Source: an uncultured Phycisphaerales bacterium (lineage in GTDB: Bacteria; Planctomycetota; Phycisphaerae; Tepidisphaerales; Tepidisphaeraceae). From it: a stretch of 64,000 bases of DNA. This document shows positions 9,378-19,213 of this stretch, piece after piece. Position 1 is the stretch's first letter; every line of letters starts with the position of its first letter. The notes under the pieces are model-generated. The model saw only the letters and a program-made list of their open reading frames with translations. It was not told the DNA's origin and did not search any database. The stretch covers positions 160,001-224,000 of the forward strand of contig CAWJPJ010000007.1 in assembly GCA_963844715.1 (NCBI GenBank), read 5' to 3'. Made by a program: the position numbers and the translations under genes.

Positions 9378-10187
9378 TTATTGTCCCACTTCTATGCGCA
9401 CGTACTTTTCCAGAGTCGCGCCTTTCCCCGACAATAGTTTAGCAACCGTCCCCTTGAATGCATCGGGATTAATAAATTCCTGGTCGAGAAGCACCTTTTC
9501 CGCAAAGAATGCGTTGAGCTTTCCCTCGGCGATTTTCTCGGCGATGGCTTGGGGCTTGCCCGTGGCCTTGGCCTGATCGACGGCGATCTCGCGCTCCTTG
9601 GCGACGATGTCCGCGGGCATCTCGGCGCGGTTCAATGCCAGGGGGCGGGCGGCGGCAATGTGCATGCCAAGCAGCTTGATCAGCGTATCGTCGGCATTGC
9701 CCGTCAGCGACAGCAGTACGGCGCTCTTTGGCTTGCCACTTGCGGAATAGACATATTCGCCGATCACCGCGCCGCTCAGGGACGCGGTGCGGCCGATTTG
9801 GACGTTCTCGCCAGTTTGCTGCGCGGCGGCGACGATCTGATCCTTCAACGCCGCATCGTCGGCAAGCTGCACATCGGGGTTGGCCAGTAGGTTCTTGACT
9901 GCCGCGTCGGCGATCTTCGCCAGCGGCTCGCTCTTGGCGGTGAAATCCGTATTGCAGTTCACCTCGACGATCACGCCGCGTTTCTTATCCGGCGACACGC
10001 CGGTGGCGACGCGGCCTTCCGTCGCGGCGCGGGCGGTGATGGAAGTCTTGACGCCCTTCTTGCGGAAATTCTCGATCGCGGCGTCGATGCTGCCAGCTGA
10101 TTCGGTCAGGGCCTTTTTGCACTCCATCATTCCCAGGCCCGTTTTGGACCGGAGTTCGTTGACTAGTTTTGCGGTAATCTCTGCCAT
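9378..10187 (-). CDS. tsf: Translation elongation factor Ts
   Basis: ITAKLVNELRSKTGLGMMECKKAL, EVNCNTDF; downstream of rpsB. Confidence 0.97.
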   Translation of the reverse strand: MAEITAKLVNELRSKTGLGMMECKKALTESAGSIDAAIENFRKKGVKTSITARAATEGRVATGVSPDKKRGVIVEVNCNTDFTAKSEPLAKIADAAVKNLLANPDVQLADDAALKDQIVAAAQQTGENVQIGRTASLSGAVIGEYVYSASGKPKSAVLLSLTGNADDTLIKLLGMHIAAARPLALNRAEMPADIVAKEREIAVDQAKATGKPQAIAEKIAEGKLNAFFAEKVLLDQEFINPDAFKGTVAKLLSGKGATLEKYVRIEVGQ

Positions 10188-10250
10188 TCCTGTTCCATCT
10201 CCAGATATCTGATAGGACGATTAAAGATCGGTGGACCGGAGATTTGCGTT

Positions 10251-11096
10251 TTATGCCGGCTGCGCTGCCACGGTTTCCGGGGGCGCGGGATTCTCCGTGG
10301 GAGCCGCCGTGGGGGTGCCGGCACCGGGAGTCTCCTCGGCGCGGAACGCCGCCCGGGTGCTGCGCCGCCGGGGCGCCTGCGGCTCTTCGCCTTTGGTTTC
10401 CTGGCGGCCGGTTTTGCCTTCGATCACCGAATCGGCGAGCTCCCTGACGATGATCTCGACGGCGCGCATCGCGTCGTCGTTGCCGGGGATCGGCAGGTCG
10501 ATCAAGTCCGGATCGCTGTCGGTGTCGATCAGCGCCACCGTCTTCACCCCCAGCTTATGCGCTTCCTTGACGGCGATGTGCTCGCGGCGGGTGTCGATGA
10601 TCACCATCACGCCGGGAATCCGCTCCATCTTGCGAATGCCTTCGAGGTTGGTTTGAATCTTGGTGCGCTCGCGCATGAGCGTCGATTTCATTTTCTTGGA
10701 ATAGGTTTCGATTTTGCCGGTTTCCCAGAGGCCTTCGAGTTCGGCCAGGCGACTCAGGCGGGCGCGAATGGTTCGGAAATTGGTCAGCGTTCCGCCCAGC
10801 CAGCGTTCGGAGACGTAATGCATTCCGCAGCGATTGGCCTCGTCCTGCACGACGTGCATCGCCTGCCTCTTGGTGCCCACGAAGAGCACGTCTTTGCCGC
10901 CGGCGACGGTTTGCTGGACCAGCTTCTTCGCGCGAAGGAGGCCCTTGAGGGTCTCCCTCACGTCGATGATGTGGATCATGTTGCGCTTGCCGATGATGTA
11001 CGGCTCCATTTTGGGATTCCATCGCGAGACGCGATGTCCGAAATGGACGCCGGCATCGACCAGCGCTTTAACCAACTCTGCCTGGGACTGAGCCAT
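10251..11096 (-). CDS. rpsB: 30S ribosomal protein S2
   Basis: [29 protein letters not shown]. Confidence 0.98.
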   Translation of the reverse strand: MAQSQAELVKALVDAGVHFGHRVSRWNPKMEPYIIGKRNMIHIIDVRETLKGLLRAKKLVQQTVAGGKDVLFVGTKRQAMHVVQDEANRCGMHYVSERWLGGTLTNFRTIRARLSRLAELEGLWETGKIETYSKKMKSTLMRERTKIQTNLEGIRKMERIPGVMVIIDTRREHIAVKEAHKLGVKTVALIDTDSDPDLIDLPIPGNDDAMRAVEIIVRELADSVIEGKTGRQETKGEEPQAPRRRSTRAAFRAEETPGAGTPTAAPTENPAPPETVAAQPA

Positions 11097-11344
11097 AGAT
11101 GAACTCCAAAGCTTTCGGCCGAAAGGGGCCGACAGCCCGTGCCGCGGTGATGGCCAAGACATCCTCCGCCGCCCTGGGGCTTACGCTTGATAACGAGATT
11201 TTAGACGAGGACCCGTGTCGCGCGGCTCCAATGCCGGCATTCGCGGGCGGCTCCTGGCGAGCCAAGCCTCGTAATCTATTCCAAAACCCCCAATGTTGCA
11301 AGAATCAATGCGTCAGCCATCAAAATCAACTTTTGCGCAACGGC

Positions 11345-11950
11345 TTACATTTTTTGCCGTCCGCTGATCGCGTCGGCGAGGATATTTTTGTTCGCGTATT
11401 CGATGCTGCTTCCCGCCGGGAGCCCGCGGGCCAGGCGGGTGACCTGAATCTGCGGGAATTTCTCGGCGATCAGGTTCTGGATGTACAGAGCGGTGCCGTC
11501 GCCATCGACGGTTGGATTCGTCCCCATGATTACTTCACGGATGGTTCCCTGAGCCAGGCGCTTGACCAGGGCATCGATGGTCAGATCCTGCGGATGCGAT
11601 TCCTCAAGCGGCGCGATCCGGCCGAGCAATACGTGATAAACCCCTTTGTAAAGGCCGGTGGATTCCAGGGCCAGCAGGTCCTTTGGCTGCTCGACGATGC
11701 ACACCAGGGCCTGATCGCGGCCCGGATCGGCGCAAATCGAGCACGGGTCCTGCTCGGTTAAGTTATAGCAAATCCCGCAATGACGAATTCGCGTTTTGAC
11801 TTCCCGGATGGCGTCGGCAAGCTTCATCGCCTCCTGGGGGCTCTCCTTCAGGAGATAAAACGCGATCCGCTCCGCGGACCGAGCCCCAATCCCCGGCAGG
11901 CGGGAGAGTTCGTCCATGAGGGTCTGGATGCTTTTGGTGTAGGCGCTCAT
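11345..11950 (-). CDS. recR: Recombination mediator RecR
   Basis: LPGIGARSAERIAF HhH, C4 zinc finger, Toprim domain, TRLARGLP. Confidence 0.97.
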   Translation of the reverse strand: MSAYTKSIQTLMDELSRLPGIGARSAERIAFYLLKESPQEAMKLADAIREVKTRIRHCGICYNLTEQDPCSICADPGRDQALVCIVEQPKDLLALESTGLYKGVYHVLLGRIAPLEESHPQDLTIDALVKRLAQGTIREVIMGTNPTVDGDGTALYIQNLIAEKFPQIQVTRLARGLPAGSSIEYANKNILADAISGRQKM

Positions 11951-11959
11951 TGCCTGGGA

Positions 11960-12376
11960 TTATAGACGCCCGCGCCGTTTATGTGACTTTTTCGTCGCGT
12001 GCGAACGCAGGTATTCCGCTATTTGAGTTTTTTCGGCCTTACTTTGCGCGACGTCGAGCACAAGATTGCTAAAGGCCGGTTCGTCGGGCCGGATTTCAAT
12101 TCCATTCATATCCAGGAACACCAACGCGGCGACTGTTCCGGCTCGTTTGTTGCCGTCGATGAAGGGGTGGTTCTTCACGATGTGAAACAAGTAGGCGGCC
12201 GCCATTTCGAAAAGGTCATCGTGCAGGAATTGGCCCCCGAAGGTGGCTGCCGGCGCGTGAACGGCCGATTCGAGCAAGGCGGCGTCGCGAATTCCCGCAC
12301 TTCCCCCATTACGACGAATCTGGTCCGCGTGAATTTCTATCGCTTGATCGACGGTGAGGAGGATGCGGGCTTTCAT
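11960..12376 (-). CDS. Doc/Fic family toxin (death-on-curing)
   Basis: HPFIDGNKR Fic/Doc motif; overlaps antitoxin stop. Confidence 0.92.
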   Translation of the reverse strand: MKARILLTVDQAIEIHADQIRRNGGSAGIRDAALLESAVHAPAATFGGQFLHDDLFEMAAAYLFHIVKNHPFIDGNKRAGTVAALVFLDMNGIEIRPDEPAFSNLVLDVAQSKAEKTQIAEYLRSHATKKSHKRRGRL

Positions 12377-12603
12377 TCCGCAAGCCGTTTGAGGGTTTTG
12401 GCGTGCCTGTCGCTGACGCGCTTCAGCGAGGCGCGAAATCTTTTTACCTCCGCGGGATCGGTCACCGGCTGGATGATCAGACGGCGCCCGTCATCGGTTG
12501 AGATATCCAAAGGCTGCTCGGCGTCGATACGCACGAGGTCGAGAATCGGCCGATCAAGCACCAGCGCCAGCGAGTTGCCGTGTTTAACCAATTTTTTATG
12601 CAC
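12373..12603 (-). CDS. AbrB/MazE-type antitoxin
   Basis: GTG start; KKLVKHGNSLALVLDRPIL swapped-hairpin signature; directly upstream of Doc. Confidence 0.88.
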   Translation of the reverse strand: MHKKLVKHGNSLALVLDRPILDLVRIDAEQPLDISTDDGRRLIIQPVTDPAEVKRFRASLKRVSDRHAKTLKRLAE

Positions 12604-12622
12604 AAAAACTCCGGTTGCTAAA

Positions 12623-12640
12623 ATGGTATCGGTATACCAT
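12623..12640. promoter_or_regulatory. Probable TA operator palindrome
   Basis: ATGGTAT-CGGT-ATACCAT perfect 7-bp inverted repeat 20 nt upstream of the antitoxin start. Confidence 0.55.
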
Positions 12641-12678
12641 CGTATCAACATTGGTAAACCGGATCAAGATTTGAATGT

Positions 12679-13733
12679 TTACCCCGCCGCTTTGGCGGGG
12701 GCGCGGCGGGTGGATTCGGCGGTGATGCCCTGGGAGCGGAATTTCTCGTAGCGGCGTTCGAGCAAGTTGTCGATCTTGAAACGCTTTAATTCCCGCAGGT
12801 TTTTGGCGACGTACTGCTCTAGATTGTGCGCGGCCGTGCGGGCATCGCGGTGGGCGCCGCCGAGGGGTTCGGAGATGACCGCGTCGATGACCCCCAGTTG
12901 CTTCAACGATCCGCTGGTGAGTTTCAGGCTGTCCGCCAGTTGGGCCGCTCCGTCGTTGTCCTTAAACAGGATTGCCGAGCACGCCTCGGGGCTGATGACC
13001 GAATACCACGCGAATTGCATCATGGCGACGCGATCGGCGACGCCGATGCCCAGCGCCCCGCCGCTGCCCCCTTCGCCGAGGACGACGCTCAGGATCGGCG
13101 TCCGCAGTCTCGACATCTCGAGCAGATTCCTGGCGATGCTCTCTGCCTGCCCGCGCTCTTCAGCGCCGATGCCGGGGTAAGCGCCGGGGTGTCGATCAGT
13201 GTCACGACCGGCAGCTCGAACTTCTCGGCCAGCTTCATGCAGCGGAGAGCTTTGCGATACCCCTCGGGATGGGCCAGGCCGAACGAGCATTTTACTTTTT
13301 CCTTGGTGTCCCGCCCCTTGTGATGCCCGATGAGGACGACCTTTTGCCCGCCGAGTCGGGCCAGGCCGCACAGGATTGCGCAGTCGTCGCCGAAATGGCG
13401 GTCGCCGTGCAGTTCGCGGAATTCCGGGCAGATCATGTCCACATAGTCCCGGAACTGGGGCCGCTGGGGATGCCGGGCCACCTGAACCGTTTCCCAGGCG
13501 CTTAGATTGTCGTAGGTCTTGCGAAGCAGGGAGGTGTGATTCGTCCGAAGCTGGCGAAGCTCCTTGGAGTAGTCGATCTGCCTTTGCTGCTGAAGGGCTT
13601 CAAGTTCCTGGATTTGCCGCTCGAGCTGCCCAAGAGGCTTCTCGAAATCCAGCAGATGCCGGGCGGCTGATGCGCCGTTGGCGGAACCGTTGCCGGTATT
13701 GGTTTCAGACGAGACCAACGATGAATCGGGCAT
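12679..13733 (-). CDS. accA: Acetyl-CoA carboxylase carboxyltransferase alpha subunit (frameshift near 13185)
   Basis: LDFEKP, ARHPQRP, ELHGDRHFGDD, PEGYRKALR, GEGGSGGAL, YSVISPE. Confidence 0.95.
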
Positions 13734-13743
13734 AATTCCGACC

Positions 13744-13861
13744 AAGAAGCCCCGAGGGGCTCCTTCCTGATTCAACCTCTGCGAGCTTGGGATTCCCTCG
13801 TTGAACTCATATCGACTTCCGCCGATCGTCCATCTGGGCGGTCAGATAGCGGCAAGAGGTT
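13744..13861 (-). ncRNA. Candidate structured RNA / cis-regulatory leader upstream of accA
   Basis: Closing stem AACCTCT/AGAGGTT enclosing three hairpins (one with a GGAA tetraloop), then hairpin AAGGAGCCCC-TC-GGGGCTTCTT. Confidence 0.45.
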
Positions 13862-14056
13862 AGACTTACGCAGATCGATTATCAAGAGACCGGAACTTGA
13901 ATCGCAGCCATTGGACAGCGCAAATCAATGTGTAACTCAATGTAAACAAATTACTTACGGCCATGTCTATTCGATGCCGCGGACCTGTAAGACTGGCCAC
14001 ACAGTTGACAGCCAACGGCCTGCTTTTTTCGTTTCGCCCGGCTCTGGACGATATGA

Positions 14057-15478
14057 TTGGGCCGCTTCGGAGGGTTCATTTTGCGAACCATTTTCGCAGC
14101 CTTTATCGGGATCACATTCGCCGTTGCTACCGCTTTGGGTCAGGGCGTCCCGGGCGTATCCGAACCTGATCCGCGCGAAATACCAGTCCCTCCCATCCAA
14201 ACGGCGCTGGGCGACATGCCGGGTGTGAACGATCTTCCCGACCGGCCCGAGATGCCGGATGTTTTGACGATGAACGACGGGACGCCGGTGAGCACGCCTG
14301 ACCAGTGGGACGCCCGCCGGCGGGAGATGAAGCGAATCCTGGAGTATTACGCCGTAGGGCTGGCCCCGCCGCCACCTGAAAATGTGAAGGGAGTCGAAGT
14401 TAAATCCCTCTCCCTCGATGGCGGGCGTGTGAAATATCGCCTGGTGCACCTGACCTTCGGCCCGAACGAGAGCCTCAGTCTGGACGTGGGGATTTTCGCT
14501 CCCGTGACGGATCATCCGGTCCCCGCGGTGATCGTGATCGGCCAGCAACCACCACTGGCGACCCCGCTCAAGCGCCTGGGATGGGGTCTCACGCAGGGAA
14601 AGAATCAGGATGTGCTACTGATCGTAGGGGCATCGACCCAGCCGTCGATTCCTCGATCGCGGAGCAAGATGTTCCCAACCGATCCGGAAGACATCGCCGA
14701 GCAGAACCCCGCCTTGCAGCATGGCTTTGCATTTATCGTCTTCAATAACAGCGATTGCGGCGAAGACACGACTCTGCGGAATCTGGATGGAAGCTGGGCT
14801 TTTCGAAACACGCGATTTTTCCCCGCGTATCCGGGTTATGACTGGGGCCTGCTTCGCGCCTGGGCGTGGGGGGTCTCGCGGATCGTGGACTATCTGCAAA
14901 CCGATCCCCAGATCGACGCCAGAAAGCTGATCATCACCGGCGTATCGCGCTGTGGGAAAGGCGCGCTGGTGGCCGGGGCGTTCGACGATCGCATCGCCAT
15001 GGTCGTCCCGGTCGCCAGTTCCGGGGGTGGCACGCCCGCCTTCCGGTTCAGCGGGGCCGAACGCGGCGGCGAGGAAGGCCTTAGCGAGATGATGCGGAAA
15101 TACCCCAATTATTTTTCGCAGCATCTGCACGAATTCTGGGGCCAGCCGGACAAACTCCCGTTCGACAATCACTGGTACATTGCCTTGGCGGCACCCCGTC
15201 CGTTTATCGCTCTGGAAGGCTCGCACGACCAGAATGTGAACGTCGATGGGGTCCGGGAATCCCTGATTCACGCCCGGCCCGCCTTCGATCTTTTGCATGC
15301 GGGGGACCATTTAGGTGTGAATTGGGCTGACCGACCGCACGGAATGGTAAAAGGCGACTGGGACGCCATGCTCGATTTCGCCGATAAATTCCTGATGGGA
15401 AAGGAGGTTGATCGTTCGTTCGATCAATTCCCGCCGGTCGAACCGGCGACTCAGATGAGCCCCGATTCAGGTCAATGA
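14057..15478 (+). CDS. Secreted CE15 glucuronoyl esterase-like alpha/beta hydrolase
   Basis: AWAWGVSRIVDYL, GVSRCGKGAL (GxSRxGK), AFDDRI, LPFDNH..AL.APRP; signal peptide; start may be a few codons later. Confidence 0.85.
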   Translation: MGRFGGFILRTIFAAFIGITFAVATALGQGVPGVSEPDPREIPVPPIQTALGDMPGVNDLPDRPEMPDVLTMNDGTPVSTPDQWDARRREMKRILEYYAVGLAPPPPENVKGVEVKSLSLDGGRVKYRLVHLTFGPNESLSLDVGIFAPVTDHPVPAVIVIGQQPPLATPLKRLGWGLTQGKNQDVLLIVGASTQPSIPRSRSKMFPTDPEDIAEQNPALQHGFAFIVFNNSDCGEDTTLRNLDGSWAFRNTRFFPAYPGYDWGLLRAWAWGVSRIVDYLQTDPQIDARKLIITGVSRCGKGALVAGAFDDRIAMVVPVASSGGGTPAFRFSGAERGGEEGLSEMMRKYPNYFSQHLHEFWGQPDKLPFDNHWYIALAAPRPFIALEGSHDQNVNVDGVRESLIHARPAFDLLHAGDHLGVNWADRPHGMVKGDWDAMLDFADKFLMGKEVDRSFDQFPPVEPATQMSPDSGQ

Positions 15479-16799
15479 GCATGAGATTTGTGCGATTCCT
15501 CCCGCTGCTGCTTTTGGTTTTGATTGGATGTGCGACGACGCCGATCCCCATCAGCGTCCGCGAGCAAGGCGCGATCGGCGACGGCTACGCCCGCGACACC
15601 GCCGCCTTCCAAAAGGCGATCGATCTATGCGCTTCGGCGGGCGGCGGGGTAGTCGACGTGCCGCCGGGCGACTATCTGATCGGGAGCATCGAACTGAAAT
15701 CCAACACGACCCTGCAACTGGCCAAAGGCGCCAATCTCCTCGGCAGCCCCAATCTTGAGGATTACCTCGTCGTGCGCTCGCGATGGGAAGGGGAATGGGT
15801 CGATGCCCACCGCGGGTTGATTTACGCCAAGGATGCCCACCACATCGCCATCCTCGGCCCGGGCCATATCGCCGCCAGCTCGATGCTGGGCGGGCGCAGA
15901 TGCCGCGCCGGCCGGTCGTGATCGAGCCGATCGATTGCAACGACGTTCTCCTCGACGGCTTTTCCGTCCAGCAGCGCCGCATGTGGACCATCCACCCGCT
16001 GGAGTGCGAAAACGTCGTCGCCACGAATTTGTACATCCGCACTTCCACGGGCAACGGGGACGGCATCGACGTCGATTCCTGCAAACACGTCCGCATCGAT
16101 CACTGCGACATCGACACCGGCGACGACTGCATCGCCCTCAAATCCGGCCGCGGCCTGGGGGCCTTTCGCGAAGGCAAACCGACCGAGGATGTTCTCATCT
16201 CGAACTGCCTGCTCGGCGACAGCATTTTTGCCTGCATTGGGATCGGAAGCGAAACGTCGGGCGGAATCCGCGACGTCCGGATCGAACATTGCACCTTCAC
16301 CCACGCCCACACCTTTTCGATCTATATCAAGAGCCACATCGGCCGAGGCGCGTCGATCGAGGATATCTTCGCGACCGACCTCGCGGTGCGCGGCGCCACC
16401 GGCGGATTCCTGCGCATCAATCTGACCGGCAGCGGGACCGCCGGGAACGACGCCGTCGCGGGAGATCTGGGAATCCCCTCCGGAAAGAATTTCATTTTTT
16501 CCGACATCGACCTCGAGCAGTGCGGCGCGCTGGTTCACGCGACTTCCATCTCGCCGATCAAGCCGCTTGACGGGCTGTCGATTTCCAATATCACCGGGGA
16601 ATGCCAAATAGGAATGGCCCTGGCAAACATCGTCAACGCGGATATGGACGATATCGATGTGAAGATCGCTTCGGGGCCGCTTTTTTCGATCTGGAACGTC
16701 AAAGGCGCGGGTCTGGAGAACGCGGCGACGGTGCAGCCGGCTTCGGAGCCGGCGGTCCCCCATCGATTAGTCCGTCCGGGGACGGATATATCCCAGTGA
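15475..16799 (+). CDS. GH28 polygalacturonase-like glycoside hydrolase, probable lipoprotein (frameshift near 15895)
   Basis: GAIGDG..DTAAFQKAID, NGDGID, GDDCIALKSG, IGSETSGG; lipobox-like LIGC. Confidence 0.88.
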
Positions 16800-16853
16800 T
16801 TTCGAGTTTCGGTTGTACGAATTCGGAGCATTGACTAAAATTCCAGATCGCCT

Positions 16854-16926
<73 letters not shown>

Positions 16927-16928
16927 TT

Positions 16929-17516
16929 TTGCAGCCGTTGCAGCCCAGTTCACCGCAGCTTACCGAAGAGCATCTCCGCCAGTTGGCCGCCGCGCGGGTT
17001 TTGAGCCGCAAGATCAACCGCGCCGCCTCCGTCGCGCGGTTCGACGGGTGGACGATTGCCGTCTTCGGCGGCGTCAGCGTCCTGTTCGGATTCATGGACA
17101 TCACGTCGTTGCTCATCGGCGCCGTGATGTGCACCATCGCTTTTTTCGAATTGCGCGCCGCCGACAGGTTGCGCCGGCTGGACCCATCGGCGATTCGCGT
17201 CCTCGTCATCGACCAAGCCGTGCTCGGATCGCTGCTGATCATTTATTCGGTTTGGAGCTTGGTGTCCGTTACGAACGGGTCGAGCCTGGCGAGCGTCCAA
17301 TCCCAGGATCCGCAGGTCGCCCAGTTGCTCGCAAGCTCCCAGGGATTCGTTCAATCCATTACCGCCATCGTTTACGGTGCTTTGATCGCCGTCGCCGTCG
17401 GTGGGTGCGGCGGCATGATCCTCTACTATCTCTCCCGGCGCAGACATCTTCAGGAATATCTGCAAAAGACCCCGCAGTGGATCATCGCAATGCAGGCGAC
17501 GGGCGTGACGCTTTAG
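16929..17516 (+). CDS. Hypothetical membrane protein (about 4 TM)
   Basis: Hydrophobic segments; the listed ORF start lies inside the tRNA, and the first plausible start after it is TTG 16929. Confidence 0.65.
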   Translation: MQPLQPSSPQLTEEHLRQLAAARVLSRKINRAASVARFDGWTIAVFGGVSVLFGFMDITSLLIGAVMCTIAFFELRAADRLRRLDPSAIRVLVIDQAVLGSLLIIYSVWSLVSVTNGSSLASVQSQDPQVAQLLASSQGFVQSITAIVYGALIAVAVGGCGGMILYYLSRRRHLQEYLQKTPQWIIAMQATGVTL

Positions 17517-19213
17517 GCGTAGCTGTGCAATCCCACCAGCAGGAAATTCACGCCGATCCAGTTGAAGAGCATTACGAAGAACCCGAAGCATCCGAGGACG
17601 GCCGTCCACCATCCCTTGTTGCTGGTTGCCACGCGCACGTGCACGACGATCAAATAGACCAGCCATGTGACCAGGGCGAAGGTCTCCTTCGGGTCCCATC
17701 CCCACGGCCGGCCCCAGCTCTGGTCGGCCCAGATCGCCCCCAGAATGATCCCCGCACCCAAGACCCAAAAGGCCAATTGCAAAACGACCAGGTTGCATGT
17801 GTCGAGCGCCGCAAGGGAAAGGCCGCCTTGGGTTGATCCGCCAATCAGTGCCCGTTGATCCGCCGGCGTTGAGTAATAGCGCAGCAGCCACCAGGCGCTG
17901 AGCACAAACCCCATGGCGATCAGCGCATAAGCCGTCGTCACCATGGTGACGTGGATGTACAGCCAGTAGCTCATGAGGATTCCCTGCACCGGGGCGATTT
18001 CGCCGCCGATTTGGGTGCCGGTGACGTAGGGGGCGGTGAAGATGGCGACCAGCGCCAGGGCCCCGACGAAGCTTGCCGCCGCGCCGAATACGCCGCGCGG
18101 CCAGCGGATTTCCAGGATCAGGCCGATCAGCGCCTCGAACCACGCCGAGAACATCACGCTCTCGAATTCGTTTTTGATGGGCGGGAAGATGTCGCCCACC
18201 AGCCACCAGCGGATGCCGATGCCGGTCGTATGAATGGCGAACCCGATGATCATGAACCGCAGCGCCCATTTGCGCAAGCCCCCCAGTCCCGATCGCGCCG
18301 CCATCGCGAACAAGACGAACGCGATCACATAAAACGCCGCGCCGGGAATCGTCAGCTTCATTAGCCGGTTGTAAGTCACTTCCACCACGCGCTTGAGATG
18401 CGAGGGATAAACGTCGGGGTTGATCTGCGGCAGCAAGTCCGCCAGCGATTGCGCATTGCGATTGATCTTGTCGGCGTTCCCCTTGTCCCACCCGTCGAGC
18501 AGACCGCCGCTGGCGGCGAAAATATTTGATAGCAGGGGGACTCGATCCTCATAACCGGGAACGGGGTCTGGCGGCGCGGAGCCCGTCTTCTTGATCACAT
18601 CCACCAATTCCGGAACGTCGCCGAACATTTCGCGCAGGCGGTGCCATTTCACATCGTCGGGCGAGTTCGTGGCCGGAGGGATGATGTCCGCCGGAATCAG
18701 GCCCGCTTCCTTGACGCAGATGATGCTCATCGCATCGCGGGCCATCATGATCTGGTCGATCGCCTTCGATTTGGCGACGGAACGCGCCTGCACGTCCCGC
18801 AGCAGATCAAGCACATCCTGCTGCTCGAGGAAGACCAGCGAAACCGTCCCTTCGTGGAGGATGCGCTGCTTTTCTATGTCGTCGATGGAATCGAGGAGTT
18901 GAAATTCCTGCCGCAGGGGAACGTTGGCGATCTTGATGACGTTGCGATGGACCCATCGTTCGGGGCGGAACGACATATCCAGCAGCACCCACAAACTGTC
19001 GTGCCCGTCGAGGCTGGTACGTCCGGCGATCTGATCCACCGCTTGCCGGGCGAAGGTATCGAGCGTCTTGATCGTCTGATCATTTTGCACGGCGATGGTG
19101 CGCAGGGGCGAAAGATCGACGTGATCGGCCCAGGCGTCGCCCGAGTCGTCCGCCAGCGCCACGCCGGGGAGGATTAGCAGCAACAGAGCGATAAAGGCCG
19201 CGCGAATTTTCAT
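17513..19213 (-). CDS. ccsA: Cytochrome c biogenesis system II protein CcsA/ResC with large N-terminal extracytoplasmic domain
   Basis: WADQSWGRPWGWDPKE (WWD domain), WLYIHV, terminal GLHSYA. Confidence 0.93.
   Translation of the reverse strand: MKIRAAFIALLLLILPGVALADDSGDAWADHVDLSPLRTIAVQNDQTIKTLDTFARQAVDQIAGRTSLDGHDSLWVLLDMSFRPERWVHRNVIKIANVPLRQEFQLLDSIDDIEKQRILHEGTVSLVFLEQQDVLDLLRDVQARSVAKSKAIDQIMMARDAMSIICVKEAGLIPADIIPPATNSPDDVKWHRLREMFGDVPELVDVIKKTGSAPPDPVPGYEDRVPLLSNIFAASGGLLDGWDKGNADKINRNAQSLADLLPQINPDVYPSHLKRVVEVTYNRLMKLTIPGAAFYVIAFVLFAMAARSGLGGLRKWALRFMIIGFAIHTTGIGIRWWLVGDIFPPIKNEFESVMFSAWFEALIGLILEIRWPRGVFGAAASFVGALALVAIFTAPYVTGTQIGGEIAPVQGILMSYWLYIHVTMVTTAYALIAMGFVLSAWWLLRYYSTPADQRALIGGSTQGGLSLAALDTCNLVVLQLAFWVLGAGIILGAIWADQSWGRPWGWDPKETFALVTWLVYLIVVHVRVATSNKGWWTAVLGCFGFFVMLFNWIGVNFLLVGLHSYA

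Noticed and set aside
13878..13910. SAM-I riboswitch (TTATCAAGAG start)
   Set aside because: The downstream GAGGGA, GCAACC and GTGC core elements are absent.
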